A stretch of 64,000 bases of DNA from a virus. The position numbers and the translations under genes were made by a program. This document shows, one piece after another, positions 22,801 through 31,536 of this stretch. The notes below the pieces were generated by a model. The model saw only the letters and a list, made by a program, of their open reading frames with translations, ran no database searches and was not told the DNA's origin. The DNA is taken from IMG/VR virus record IMGVR_UViG_3300017917_001958, positions 11,911 to 75,910 of that record. The stretch is one strand, 5' to 3'. Positions within the stretch are counted from its first letter, which is position 1, and each line of letters starts with the position of its first letter.

Positions 22801-24613
22801 TATTTTGTTCAGATACTTTTAAATCATATGGCGGAAACCACATAACACGACCTCCGTTTGGTCCTCTTTCACAAAATGGTAAATCTAAAACCGTAAATCC
22901 GGGTAACGTAGATGTTTTCCACGCAAGATTTTCAATTGAAAACATATATTTTTTAGCATAAAAACTTTTACCGTCTTTGTCTGCTCCAAATTTATAACCG
23001 TTAAAAATGTTTGTTGATCCGTCAAATCCTTTATTACCGTTTGACATTGGACCGATATTTAAATTCCATGGTCTACTTTGACCACCCATTACACTACCAT
23101 CAAATTTTCTAATGTTATCTGTTCTTTTCATGGTATCAGAATAATTCATATATGAACGATCTTTTGTCCATACACGACAGTATTCAACACCACTTTCTTC
23201 ACCGGTGAATTTATCAACATATTTAATTGCTGAACCCCTCGACATCATATTGTCACCCTCTCTAAAAACTCTACTTGTTTGGTCAATAACGTTTGCTACA
23301 TGTGAACGTGCGGCACCTCCATCTGTTGGTAATGTATTTAAAAGTTCTTGTGTTTGACCTAAAATAGAATCAAATCTAAATCCATATTTTGTTGATAATG
23401 AATCTTCTAAATTTGAGGATTCGTCATTATATTCTTTGTTATTAACACCAAGTTTATTTTTTGAATTTTTACTAATCCAAGTTAAATTACCACCGATATG
23501 TCCACCTTCAGTAATATTTTTACTTCTTTGAAATAATTTAGCTTGAACTTCATCAAACATTAAACTTAAAAAATAACTACTTCTAACAGGTCTATCATTG
23601 AAATCGCTCATTGCGTATTTCACATCGTTACCTCTATCATCACCAATATATGCTTCACCTTTTGGTGCTTCCGCACCTAATAAACTTTTAATACCTTGTG
23701 CTGTTCTGTCTATAAAATTGAATACTTTCGAAGAATTTTGTGACCTTGCAGTTGTAGTATAATTTGGTGCATATTTTGAATATGATAATAAATCATATAA
23801 ATTATTTCTTTGACCTTCTCCCATGTATTCTATGAATAAATCGGATGGTTTTCTTGATAATTTTGGTCTTCTTTGTATCCCAATTAAAGATCCTAAAACA
23901 CCTGTTACATCTTGTACTATTTTACCGAATTCGGTACTTGGTGTTGGTCGATAATTTATAGGATTTCTAGGGTCTGATAAATAACTACCCGGTATTTCAG
24001 TAAATGGAAATTGTAATCCAGATACTGTTTGTAAAAAATCAACACCCTTTCCTAATAATGTTTTAGCAACAGTAATTTTATAGTTTGATTCAACTAATGG
24101 TTCTCTACCTGTTATTATATTTGAAGCGGTTGCGGTGTTACCATTTAAAGCATCAATTAATCTTACTCGACCAACTGTAGATGCTTCTAAATTTTGTGCT
24201 AATCTTGATAATACAGGACCACCTTTATCATTTTTAATATAATTTGCAGCAAATTTAAATAATTCTGATTCAGTATTATATGTACTGTTTGATGTCATAA
24301 TACCTATTAAATTATGGTTACTTGCAACAAAGTATGGGTACAATGATAAATTTGCTCTTCTTGGTAAAACGTCAATAGTATCTTTTACAAAATATTGTAA
24401 AGGTTTATATATGTTAGAATTTTGTGATTGTAATAATTCATCTGCAACATTATTGTCTACCGTTCCCGGATCAACATTTGACATATTACTCAAATTCTGA
24501 TAATCATATAAATTATTTGTAAAAGTTTGAGGACCATTAGGTTGTTGGAGAGTCTTACCTAAAATAAAATCTCTAAATCTTTTGGTCGAATCAAAATCTA
24601 AGTAACTTGGCAT
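19838..24613 (-). CDS. Large tail-tube initiator-like baseplate protein with OmpA-like insert
   Basis: FPPYDLKVSE...GRPEPIYTYQNTER and PPICILRVGDFY...PMIANVTL tube-initiator halves flank NFENDVP...YNEKLSLRRSHSV...YGE. Confidence 0.6.
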   Translation of the reverse strand: MPSYLDFDSTKRFRDFILGKTLQQPNGPQTFTNNLYDYQNLSNMSNVDPGTVDNNVADELLQSQNSNIYKPLQYFVKDTIDVLPRRANLSLYPYFVASNHNLIGIMTSNSTYNTESELFKFAANYIKNDKGGPVLSRLAQNLEASTVGRVRLIDALNGNTATASNIITGREPLVESNYKITVAKTLLGKGVDFLQTVSGLQFPFTEIPGSYLSDPRNPINYRPTPSTEFGKIVQDVTGVLGSLIGIQRRPKLSRKPSDLFIEYMGEGQRNNLYDLLSYSKYAPNYTTTARSQNSSKVFNFIDRTAQGIKSLLGAEAPKGEAYIGDDRGNDVKYAMSDFNDRPVRSSYFLSLMFDEVQAKLFQRSKNITEGGHIGGNLTWISKNSKNKLGVNNKEYNDESSNLEDSLSTKYGFRFDSILGQTQELLNTLPTDGGAARSHVANVIDQTSRVFREGDNMMSRGSAIKYVDKFTGEESGVEYCRVWTKDRSYMNYSDTMKRTDNIRKFDGSVMGGQSRPWNLNIGPMSNGNKGFDGSTNIFNGYKFGADKDGKSFYAKKYMFSIENLAWKTSTLPGFTVLDLPFCERGPNGGRVMWFPPYDLKVSEQNSAKWETNNFLGRPEPIYTYQNTERSGQISFKVVVDHPSILNLLVREHFKGMSDEEADNYINAFFAGCEELDFYGLIRRYTTLDKSDIDLIKDYLNTGGDTKVINKYKTVIDPNVKTNPQEPTPVASSNSQTLHVILNFENDVPDPNTRNVTSSSNYTDLYLKYKTQKLTYTGHLQNDLVTLLSYVDSQNTKQVKKEKKQIFGTENPVGATLINDQLSKMVKYFDNMDSKFNDYTGKTETLKNDISGKTVQNIKIEISSSTSSVASNLYNEKLSLRRSHSVLKDLFSRISKDGKGPTPKWIDSSNLVDGYNKDGITVNKSGGIIITKEYDLKQDFGWDNPGKLTVVSTNYGETFTGNSDDDVNCKNQDFVAVPGLKKYSPVAFWCRNVKVNFKYDKTPEPQKPINPEPKNELPKTSIIEDGVVTVPNKVKKPPIDVMKRIIMKTLSECFYFKKLEEDSPIAFKSLTEKLRYFHPAFHSTTPEGLNARLTFIHQCLRPGDTIPIKGISDNSDIGARNTTFGPPPICILRVGDFYHSKIVIRDVGITFEDGVWDLNPEGIGVQPMIANVTLQINFIGGQGLEKPVERLQNALTSNFYANTEMYDERSISTNTSINGQESSGFTKSFLEKLQEDYNKTPQPSTDEKLNEIDKGKNIGEGTTELNYKNVIEDVFTKTESYFTQYPILYNGLNKKYGTKLLDMIISPTYRTIKTYDVYTTTSNTPGTTIDLFGLYTKTKELPILNRGVKMAMDLSITNSNLCQIFGFDKELTLPKQNKANELLTPEIKKIVNEKLDGIVTDTTVLSFEENTNKLITSLDKVNYLVKYGKDAKVIDDKKTVQSNLSGFTYDLIYNEYSTCIDYIKTNTSKFYNDLDGTINFNNPTIDTPTLSDILTVLLNDSKEKIIEILKKGDSIIFDENTTTRLSKRLDNFFVTPKEKVFKFSKFIKRKNNNDVKFTISNETEITDQNILDETKKLFSTKVSVINKLNYYKK

Positions 24614-24659
24614 TATATTTTTATTTTATTTATAAATAGAGAAAATTATAAAAGTATAG

Positions 24660-26525
24660 TTATGGCATCAAATATGAATTTTTATGTTCAATAGTTACCG
24701 GTACCGGTCCATGTACTGTTGTGTCTAATTTAATATTTAAAATTGGATTTTGATTATTATTTGTTGATTGTTGTACTATTTGTGTATTTTGTTTATTTTT
24801 ATTTTCTAATTCTTTTTGTCTTTCTAACGACATATTACTTTTTGTTTCGTCAAATCTAACATCTGTCGTTTTCATGTTAAGGTCAATATTAAATTTCTTT
24901 TTTACAATTGATTCGATTTCACTTAACCATTCAACACCTTTTTTAGATAATTCTTGGGTATCCTTTGCAACACTTTTTAAATCAAATCCTGCAATATTTC
25001 CTGCTGCTTCTACTGCCCTACCCCCTTGTAGTCTCAAATATGCTGCAATAAAATTAGCATCTCTTTTAATATTTTCAATATTTGTGGCTTGATTTCTAAC
25101 AATATCATTTTCACTAAGTTGTTTAAACTCGTCTTGATATTTTAACAATAGATTAGCTTGATTTTGATCTAAATCTTTTAAAGCAATTTCATTTTTACCA
25201 AATTTTTCTTTTAAAAATTCACTTTGTAATTCAATGGTCATTTGACCACCTTTCATTTGTGCTAAATTTGTGATAAATCTTTGTTGGTCATCGTCTAAAC
25301 TCAATCCTCTTGAAAATAAATCTGCAGCCGCTGAACTTCTTTCTGCAGCTGCAATTGCACCTTTTGATAGTTCTTGATAACTTATACCTAAAGAATCCGC
25401 CATTGCTTTTGCTCTTCTTAAATTAACACCCGTAATTTCAAATCTTTTTTGTTCATTATTATATGTTGTTAAACCAGCAGCCGCACCATTTAATGCGTCC
25501 TGTAATCCCTCAACATTATTAGTTGCCATATACATAAGCTTAAGAGGATCATTAAAATCACCAATTGCACCACCTAAAACCTGTAAATTAGCCGATAAAT
25601 CAATTGCACCTTCAGGATTCATTACTTTATCTGCAATTTTAAATGTTTCATCCATACTCATTCTAAATTCGGTAGCCTTTCTAGTCATGTCAGAAAGACC
25701 ATTTATTCCGTTTTTAAAACCATATTCATTTAATTTACCTATATTTTTAGAAAGTTCTGATGTTGTTGTTTTTGCACGTAACCCTAACTGCAATGAACGA
25801 CTACCTGCTTCAGATATTTTTTCTTGAGCATCCGCAGCACCCACACCAATTTTTTCAAATTCGGGGTACATTTCAACTAAATCTCGTAAATTACCAACAA
25901 ATGCTGCGGCAACTTCACCGGCTCTTTCAAATGTTTCTCGATTAATTAATGCAAATCTACCTGTTTGTGTTACTAATCTTGATGCAGAATCTGCCAAATC
26001 TCCAAAACTTATACCTAATTGTAATAATCTTGGATTAGCTTTTGTTATTTCTTCTCTAAAATCTTTCGATAATTGACCCGTTAAACCTGCTTCAATATTT
26101 ACTTTTTCAAGTAATGCTGTTTGTTGTTCAAAATATTGTACCAAACTTTTTCCAAGTACATCGACTAAATTTCCAGCAATCGTTTTTAAACCTTTTAATT
26201 GACGAGAAGAACTATCATAAAAAACATTAAACACATCTTGAACACCGATCATTTCACCCTGTAATGTAGAAAAAGATTTTTCAGCTTCTTGTGTTTTTAA
26301 TATATCTTGTAAATTTCCAATACCTTTTTCAAAAATATTTCCACCTCCAGTTATTGTGTTTGTATTATAACTAGTGGTACTTCTTTTGGTATTTTGAAAA
26401 CCTTTGTATAATTCCTCAAGTTTAGCCTGATCTATATTTTTATCTTTTTCATATGCGAATTTAAAATCCTTTAAAGATATATTCGGATTTTTTTCCAACC
26501 ATTCTCTAGGTGATATTTGTGCCAT
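24660..26525 (-). CDS. Tape measure protein
   Basis: 621 aa, Ala/Gly/Leu-rich and helical; follows the tube and chaperone genes. Confidence 0.7.
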   Translation of the reverse strand: MAQISPREWLEKNPNISLKDFKFAYEKDKNIDQAKLEELYKGFQNTKRSTTSYNTNTITGGGNIFEKGIGNLQDILKTQEAEKSFSTLQGEMIGVQDVFNVFYDSSSRQLKGLKTIAGNLVDVLGKSLVQYFEQQTALLEKVNIEAGLTGQLSKDFREEITKANPRLLQLGISFGDLADSASRLVTQTGRFALINRETFERAGEVAAAFVGNLRDLVEMYPEFEKIGVGAADAQEKISEAGSRSLQLGLRAKTTTSELSKNIGKLNEYGFKNGINGLSDMTRKATEFRMSMDETFKIADKVMNPEGAIDLSANLQVLGGAIGDFNDPLKLMYMATNNVEGLQDALNGAAAGLTTYNNEQKRFEITGVNLRRAKAMADSLGISYQELSKGAIAAAERSSAAADLFSRGLSLDDDQQRFITNLAQMKGGQMTIELQSEFLKEKFGKNEIALKDLDQNQANLLLKYQDEFKQLSENDIVRNQATNIENIKRDANFIAAYLRLQGGRAVEAAGNIAGFDLKSVAKDTQELSKKGVEWLSEIESIVKKKFNIDLNMKTTDVRFDETKSNMSLERQKELENKNKQNTQIVQQSTNNNQNPILNIKLDTTVHGPVPVTIEHKNSYLMP

Positions 26526-26539
26526 ACATATAAATAGAT

Positions 26540-26695
26540 TTATTTAGTGTTTTCTAGCTCAACTATGGTTTCAATATAATATCTTCTTATATAAACAGGC
26601 ATTGATAAAATATCACTATATGAAAAACCTTTTCGAACTAAAAATAACATTTCCAATAGTTGATTTTTTTTATAATCCGTAGAAAGGGCGAAAAA
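26540..26695 (-). CDS. Tail chaperone frameshift extension (GT-like)
   Basis: +1 frame overlapping the upstream gene end, no good own start; GFSYSDILSMPVYIRRYYI resembles chaperone C-terminal extensions. Confidence 0.6.
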   Translation of the reverse strand, partial: FFALSTDYKKNQLLEMLFLVRKGFSYSDILSMPVYIRRYYIETIVELENTK

Positions 26696-27419
26696 ATTCA
26701 ACCCCGAATCCAATATAAAATTGGACATCTTCTCCTGACGGGGCTTTTACTGTTCTCATTAAATCTAATCCTGGTTTATTATCGTTTACATATTTTCTAA
26801 AGTTTTGAGAGTCTATGATTGGTAAATTTTGTACAAAATTATGAATATTCATCATTTCTCTATTTCCTTGAACCGATTTAATCATTGTCTCTAAACGTTT
26901 TGTTATGATCGGTGCGATACCAATTCCATTCCAAGATTTTTCAATTTCTTTTAAATCATTTTCTTGTTTTTGATTTAAAAATTTAAAGGTAATTTCAATC
27001 TTACTTTTTTCCATGAAATATTTATATTCTCCATTTGAATCAGGATTAAGATTAAATTCTTTAAAATTTAAATCCGAAATATCTATAGTTGTATTAAACT
27101 CTTTATTTGTTTTTGGGTCTGTTAGTGTAACACTATATTCGGATCCAAATGCGGTATTTCTTAAAAAAATTAAAATAGATTGTCTATCTTCATCAACCAA
27201 ATCATCAATATTAATATCTTTATCTAAAACTTTACGTTTTAATAATTCACTAACAATTTGATTTGTTTGTACAATATTTGGGGATGCTAAAATGTTTTCA
27301 TCCGCAGCAGTTAGGTACGCAACTTTAACTGATTTCTTATTATTTGGGTAATGAATACCTCTACTTGGTAACACTACTACGTCATACGCAATATTTGGGT
27401 CTATTACAAATTGTTCCAT
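26670..27419 (-). CDS. Tail assembly chaperone / baseplate hub assembly protein (gp26-like)
   Basis: LPSRG, LTAADENIL, DRQSILIFLRNTAFG, C-terminal FFRP; between the tube and tape measure genes. Confidence 0.75.
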   Translation of the reverse strand: MEQFVIDPNIAYDVVVLPSRGIHYPNNKKSVKVAYLTAADENILASPNIVQTNQIVSELLKRKVLDKDINIDDLVDEDRQSILIFLRNTAFGSEYSVTLTDPKTNKEFNTTIDISDLNFKEFNLNPDSNGEYKYFMEKSKIEITFKFLNQKQENDLKEIEKSWNGIGIAPIITKRLETMIKSVQGNREMMNIHNFVQNLPIIDSQNFRKYVNDNKPGLDLMRTVKAPSGEDVQFYIGFGVEFFRPFYGL

Positions 27420-27470
27420 AAGATAAATTTAAAGAATAATTATTATAAAGTAAAGTTTGTTAAAAACATA

Positions 27471-27503
27471 AAACCGATACCCCTTAATTTGAGATATCGG
27501 TTT
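27471..27503 (-). terminator. Terminator after the tail tube gene
   Basis: aaaccgata...tatcggttt inverted repeat. Confidence 0.6.
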
Positions 27504-27524
27504 AATATTAAAATTTTTAATAAA

Positions 27525-28013
27525 TTAATATACTTGAATACAACGATCCATTCTTAATGAAGCGTCAATTGTAGCTAATTCATCTTGAGAATAGTTCAAA
27601 TCTCCGAAATTTAAGTTTGTTAGAAAACATCCTTGAAGTATCCATTTTTCAACAACAACACCTGTTGGATCTAACATCTCCAATTCAACATCTTTTTTAT
27701 ACCCAGCGGCATATCCCATTCTACCAGTAACTGATTCTGCATGTAAACGGAACCATTCCATTAAAGCTTGGGATGCTGAAGGTCCAATTGGATCTTTAAA
27801 TTGAACTTTTATCTCGTCCCAATCAAATCTACCGGCAACGTAAGTTGAAGTATTTAAAAATGGAATTTCTACCGATTTAATTTTAGCAGTTGGTCTCGAA
27901 GTTGAGAAAACATACCATTCATTTATACCTAAAGATGATGGAAATCTCAAGATAAATCTATTTTTACGTTTCGGTTCATATGGAACCGGCATTTTCATTA
28001 ATAAATCTGCCAT
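27525..28013 (-). CDS. Tail tube protein (gp19-like)
   Basis: YEPKRKNRF, YVAGR, YKKDVELEMLDPTGVVVEKWILQGCF, GDLNYS. Confidence 0.9.
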   Translation of the reverse strand: MADLLMKMPVPYEPKRKNRFILRFPSSLGINEWYVFSTSRPTAKIKSVEIPFLNTSTYVAGRFDWDEIKVQFKDPIGPSASQALMEWFRLHAESVTGRMGYAAGYKKDVELEMLDPTGVVVEKWILQGCFLTNLNFGDLNYSQDELATIDASLRMDRCIQVY

Positions 28014-28140
28014 TTTCTATTTGTTAAAATTTTTTAAGTTATTTACTTTCTTATAAATATATCAGTATTGAAAAAATATTTTTTTTTGAATTAATTATCG
28101 TTTTTACTTGATATTATCAATTATTTTTCTTATTTTTTAT

Positions 28141-28252
28141 TAGTACCCAGTATAACTAGTTCCAGTAATTAATATATCTAGTATCTAGTGTAATTTAAAT
28201 ATTATTAAAAAAAATAATAAAATAAAAAAAACTAGTTCCAGTATACTGGGTA
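28141..28252. repeat. AT-rich intergenic block with direct and inverted repeats (candidate replication origin)
   Basis: aactagttccagta at 28154 and 28230; tacccagtata (28144) / tatactgggta (28242) inverted pair; palindrome ccagtatactgg at 28238-28249. Confidence 0.6.
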
Positions 28253-28280
28253 ATATAAAAATATAATTATTATAAAATAT

Positions 28281-28296
28281 GGTTCCATGTGGAACA
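28281..28296. promoter_or_regulatory. parS-like palindrome
   Basis: GGTTCCATGTGGAACA matches parS TGTTCCACGTGGAACA at 14/16; intergenic. Confidence 0.65.
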
Positions 28297-28300
28297 TAAA

Positions 28301-28326
28301 AAAAGGATGTGAAAACACATCCTTTT
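28301..28326 (-). terminator. Terminator after the tail sheath gene
   Basis: aaaaggatgtg-aaaa-cacatcctttt perfect hairpin. Confidence 0.85.
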
Positions 28327-28346
28327 TATTTTAATACTTATTTAGA

Positions 28347-31226
28347 TTAAATATTCTCAAATGAAGCACCTGTTGGGGTAATTATAAATTCTAAATCAAT
28401 AAATTCTAGAGATCTAGTTGGTTTTATATAAATTTTACCTCTCAACGTATTTGCATCTATATCTTCTGGGTCATTTGATACCGTTACACGGAAATCATAT
28501 AATCCTCTTTCTTTCTTAATAGATTCAAGAATTGGATTAGTTAATCTCAAGAACTCTTGTCTTACTTGATCATCATTCTGCTCAAATAATAATCTTACAG
28601 CAACTGCAGATATTAATTTTCTTGCTCTCAATAATAATCTTCTTACATTAATTCTATCTAGTGCTGATTCTCTTACTTGAAGAGTTTTGTTACCCCAAAT
28701 AATTGTACCAGTGTCAGAAAATGTTGCAATTGGATTAATTCTATTTTTATAAAGATTATCTCTTTCGTCTAGAGTTAATTTTTTAGTTGCTTTAATTGCG
28801 TTTACCAATCCTCTTGAATAACCAGCGACTGCGAACCAAGGATAAGATACATTATCTGTCAAAGCAATATTTTTAACAACTTCACCTGTCGGTGGAATAT
28901 ATAATTGTGTTGAATTGTCAGTATCTCTTACTTGAATCCAAGGCCAGTAAGTTGCTGAATAGTTACTATCCAATGCAATTGCATCCAATTGGTCTACAAC
29001 TTCGTCTGAAGTTGAAACGTTTGGTGATGAAATAATATAAAGTGAATCCGCTCTTTCATTTTCAATCATATCTACCGCCTGAGTGGTTAATGAACTATGA
29101 TCATAGAAATTAATACCCGGAGTTGCGAAAACATTTATATCAACCGCTTCTGGATTTGAGAATGTTTGAATACCTTGTAGAAACGCATAATAATCTGAAT
29201 TACCTGTTGTTGTACTAAATACCCCACCATTTGTAGTGTAATTTGCAATATAATTGTTTTTACCAAAAATATAACCATCACTATATGTTCTAACATTTCT
29301 GTAGATATCCCAACCATCATATCCACCAAATACTGCAAATGTAAATTTACGGTAATTGATATTAGTTAATTTATTGTCGGTACCTGTTTGTCCTTCAAGA
29401 TCATAAGGTGTTGTTTTGTAGATTGGATCACCGTTTGTATCAAGTATTGTAGATGCGTTTGTAGACATATGGAAACCATATGTTGAACCATTTGCACTGA
29501 AACCTTTCCATTTTAGTAAATCCATATCAAATTGAGATCCATTTTGAGATGAAAGACCCAATGATACTTTTTTAAATTTATCACCATTTGATTGTACTGG
29601 TGTACCATCTGTTTGATAATACATTGTATCACCTGCATCAAAGTATTCTGTCTTATATATAACACTACCTAATGTTTTACCTGAAAATGATTCATTATTG
29701 GTAAATCCTTTAAATCCTGCCGGAAACGCATCTGTAGGTGCGTTACTTGACATATTTAACATGATATATTTTGAATTTAAAGTAAATTCACCATCGGAGG
29801 TACCTACTTTTCTTGCAACATATCCCGGTAATTCCGGATTCATTGTACATCTCGAGAATTTCTCGATAATTGCAGGATTTTCATCAGTATCATTAAAATC
29901 ACGAATAAGAATATCAAATTCACCGCTATCTAAGTTAATGTTAACTATCGATACTTTAATTTGATAGTTTGCTGAATCACCATCTGAAATAGTTATTACT
30001 TCAAATAAATCATGAACAACTCCACCACGAACTTCAGAAACAACCATTGGTGAGATTGTTGTATCCCAAGAATGTAAGAAATTGTCACCTTCTAAATTAT
30101 ATACCTCTTCTAAACTTAGACCTCTAATTAATCCTTTTTGATAACCGTTTAATACTAAATTAGGATATGATTCATAAACATATAAAGGTGTATCACTATA
30201 TGATTTATCATAAACATCAGAACCCAATACTTTTTTAATATATTTTGATGATGTTGTATCTAATGTACATGTGAATGATTTTGCACCACCAGTATGTCCG
30301 GTTACATTAATTGTGAATTCACCTAATGGATTTGTTTCAATACCTGTAACATCGGTTAATGAATAACTTGTATTACCTGTTACTTCTAAAATTAAAGTGT
30401 TACCACTATAACGACCTCTTGATCTTAATGCTGCAACTACAACATCATGATAATCACTATTTAAGGTTGCTGGATATTTGTATCTTGTAACATCAAATCT
30501 TGATGTACCACTTGAATAAACAAATAAATAACCATAAACCCCATCTATTGTAGAATCGGTTACACCTGATTTATTGTAAAGAACGTTATACCATTCTTTT
30601 TCATTATTATTATCTACATTGATTTTTCCTGTAAGTGGTGAAACTACTTCTTCACCTGTTAAACCCGTTACATCATTGTCATTAACTTTACCTAAAACAA
30701 ACCATAAACCGTTGTCGGTTGATGTTAGTCCACTATAGTTAGATACAATGTAATCAGTTATTGATGTTCCATCAATTGATGTTTTACCGGAAAGTTCTGC
30801 GTAAATAGGACTACTTGTTATATTAACAGTAGTTGCAGATAATGTAAAACCTGTTGAAGTGTATGATGTAGTATCTACATTTACACCACCTAAAGTTTTA
30901 ATACCGAAAGTTTTGTAAGGTTTATATCCCGTCAAACCAAGAATTCTTGTTACGAATAATTGATTTGATTCTTGTAAATAAGACTTAGCAACATAAGGTA
31001 ATTCATACTTAGGGTTGTTAGCACCATCTTTTAATGGTGTTGTACCTCCAAAATATGTTTTGAATTCATCGAAATTTGTAATTAAAATTGGTTCAAAAGC
31101 GGGACCTTGTAAAGTCTCACCAACTAAACCAAGAGTAGTTACACCGACACTTTGTGCTACGAATGTTAGATCCTTTTCAGATGTATAGACACCTGGAGAA
31201 ACGAATACTCTGTTTGAATTTGCCAT
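28347..31226 (-). CDS. Tail sheath protein (gp18-like)
   Basis: FVSPGVYTSEKD, GPAFEP, SNYSATYWPW, PWFAVAGYSRG, RINPI, WGNKTL, RINVRRLL, FEQND. Confidence 0.95.
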   Translation of the reverse strand: MANSNRVFVSPGVYTSEKDLTFVAQSVGVTTLGLVGETLQGPAFEPILITNFDEFKTYFGGTTPLKDGANNPKYELPYVAKSYLQESNQLFVTRILGLTGYKPYKTFGIKTLGGVNVDTTSYTSTGFTLSATTVNITSSPIYAELSGKTSIDGTSITDYIVSNYSGLTSTDNGLWFVLGKVNDNDVTGLTGEEVVSPLTGKINVDNNNEKEWYNVLYNKSGVTDSTIDGVYGYLFVYSSGTSRFDVTRYKYPATLNSDYHDVVVAALRSRGRYSGNTLILEVTGNTSYSLTDVTGIETNPLGEFTINVTGHTGGAKSFTCTLDTTSSKYIKKVLGSDVYDKSYSDTPLYVYESYPNLVLNGYQKGLIRGLSLEEVYNLEGDNFLHSWDTTISPMVVSEVRGGVVHDLFEVITISDGDSANYQIKVSIVNINLDSGEFDILIRDFNDTDENPAIIEKFSRCTMNPELPGYVARKVGTSDGEFTLNSKYIMLNMSSNAPTDAFPAGFKGFTNNESFSGKTLGSVIYKTEYFDAGDTMYYQTDGTPVQSNGDKFKKVSLGLSSQNGSQFDMDLLKWKGFSANGSTYGFHMSTNASTILDTNGDPIYKTTPYDLEGQTGTDNKLTNINYRKFTFAVFGGYDGWDIYRNVRTYSDGYIFGKNNYIANYTTNGGVFSTTTGNSDYYAFLQGIQTFSNPEAVDINVFATPGINFYDHSSLTTQAVDMIENERADSLYIISSPNVSTSDEVVDQLDAIALDSNYSATYWPWIQVRDTDNSTQLYIPPTGEVVKNIALTDNVSYPWFAVAGYSRGLVNAIKATKKLTLDERDNLYKNRINPIATFSDTGTIIWGNKTLQVRESALDRINVRRLLLRARKLISAVAVRLLFEQNDDQVRQEFLRLTNPILESIKKERGLYDFRVTVSNDPEDIDANTLRGKIYIKPTRSLEFIDLEFIITPTGASFENI

Positions 31227-31320
31227 TGATTTTTATTTGGTTAAATATTTTTATTACTTATACTATAAATATCTTTGTTTTTACCAAAGATTTCCGTATA
31301 TTTTAATAAAAGATATTTAA

Positions 31321-31350
31321 TTATCTTAATTTATCTTAATTTATCTTTAT
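31321..31350 (+). repeat. Three 10-bp tandem direct repeats (TTATCTTaAT), candidate operator
   Basis: ttatcttaat ttatcttaat ttatctttat immediately before ATG 31351. Confidence 0.7.
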
Positions 31351-31536
31351 ATGGGTTTAGAATCAGTAAACAAAACTAAAAACATAAAAATCAGTGAAAA
31401 TCATCACAAAATTTTAAAATTGTATTGTGATAAAAATGGTTTAAAAATTTATAAAGTTTTAGAAAAATGGATTGACGAACATTGTTCATCAAAAAAGAAA
31501 GATTCTACAAAAGATTTGTATGGAGATGATAATTAG
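31351..31536 (+). CDS. Small ribbon-helix-helix-like DNA-binding protein
   Basis: KNIKISENHHKILKLYCDKNGLKIYKVLEKWI, beta-alpha-alpha pattern. Confidence 0.65.
   Translation: MGLESVNKTKNIKISENHHKILKLYCDKNGLKIYKVLEKWIDEHCSSKKKDSTKDLYGDDN

Noticed and set aside
13742-31226. Bacterial extracellular contractile injection system or prophage
   Set aside because: Capsid, neck and full replication genes are present, with no host genes or integrase, consistent with a large free phage genome.
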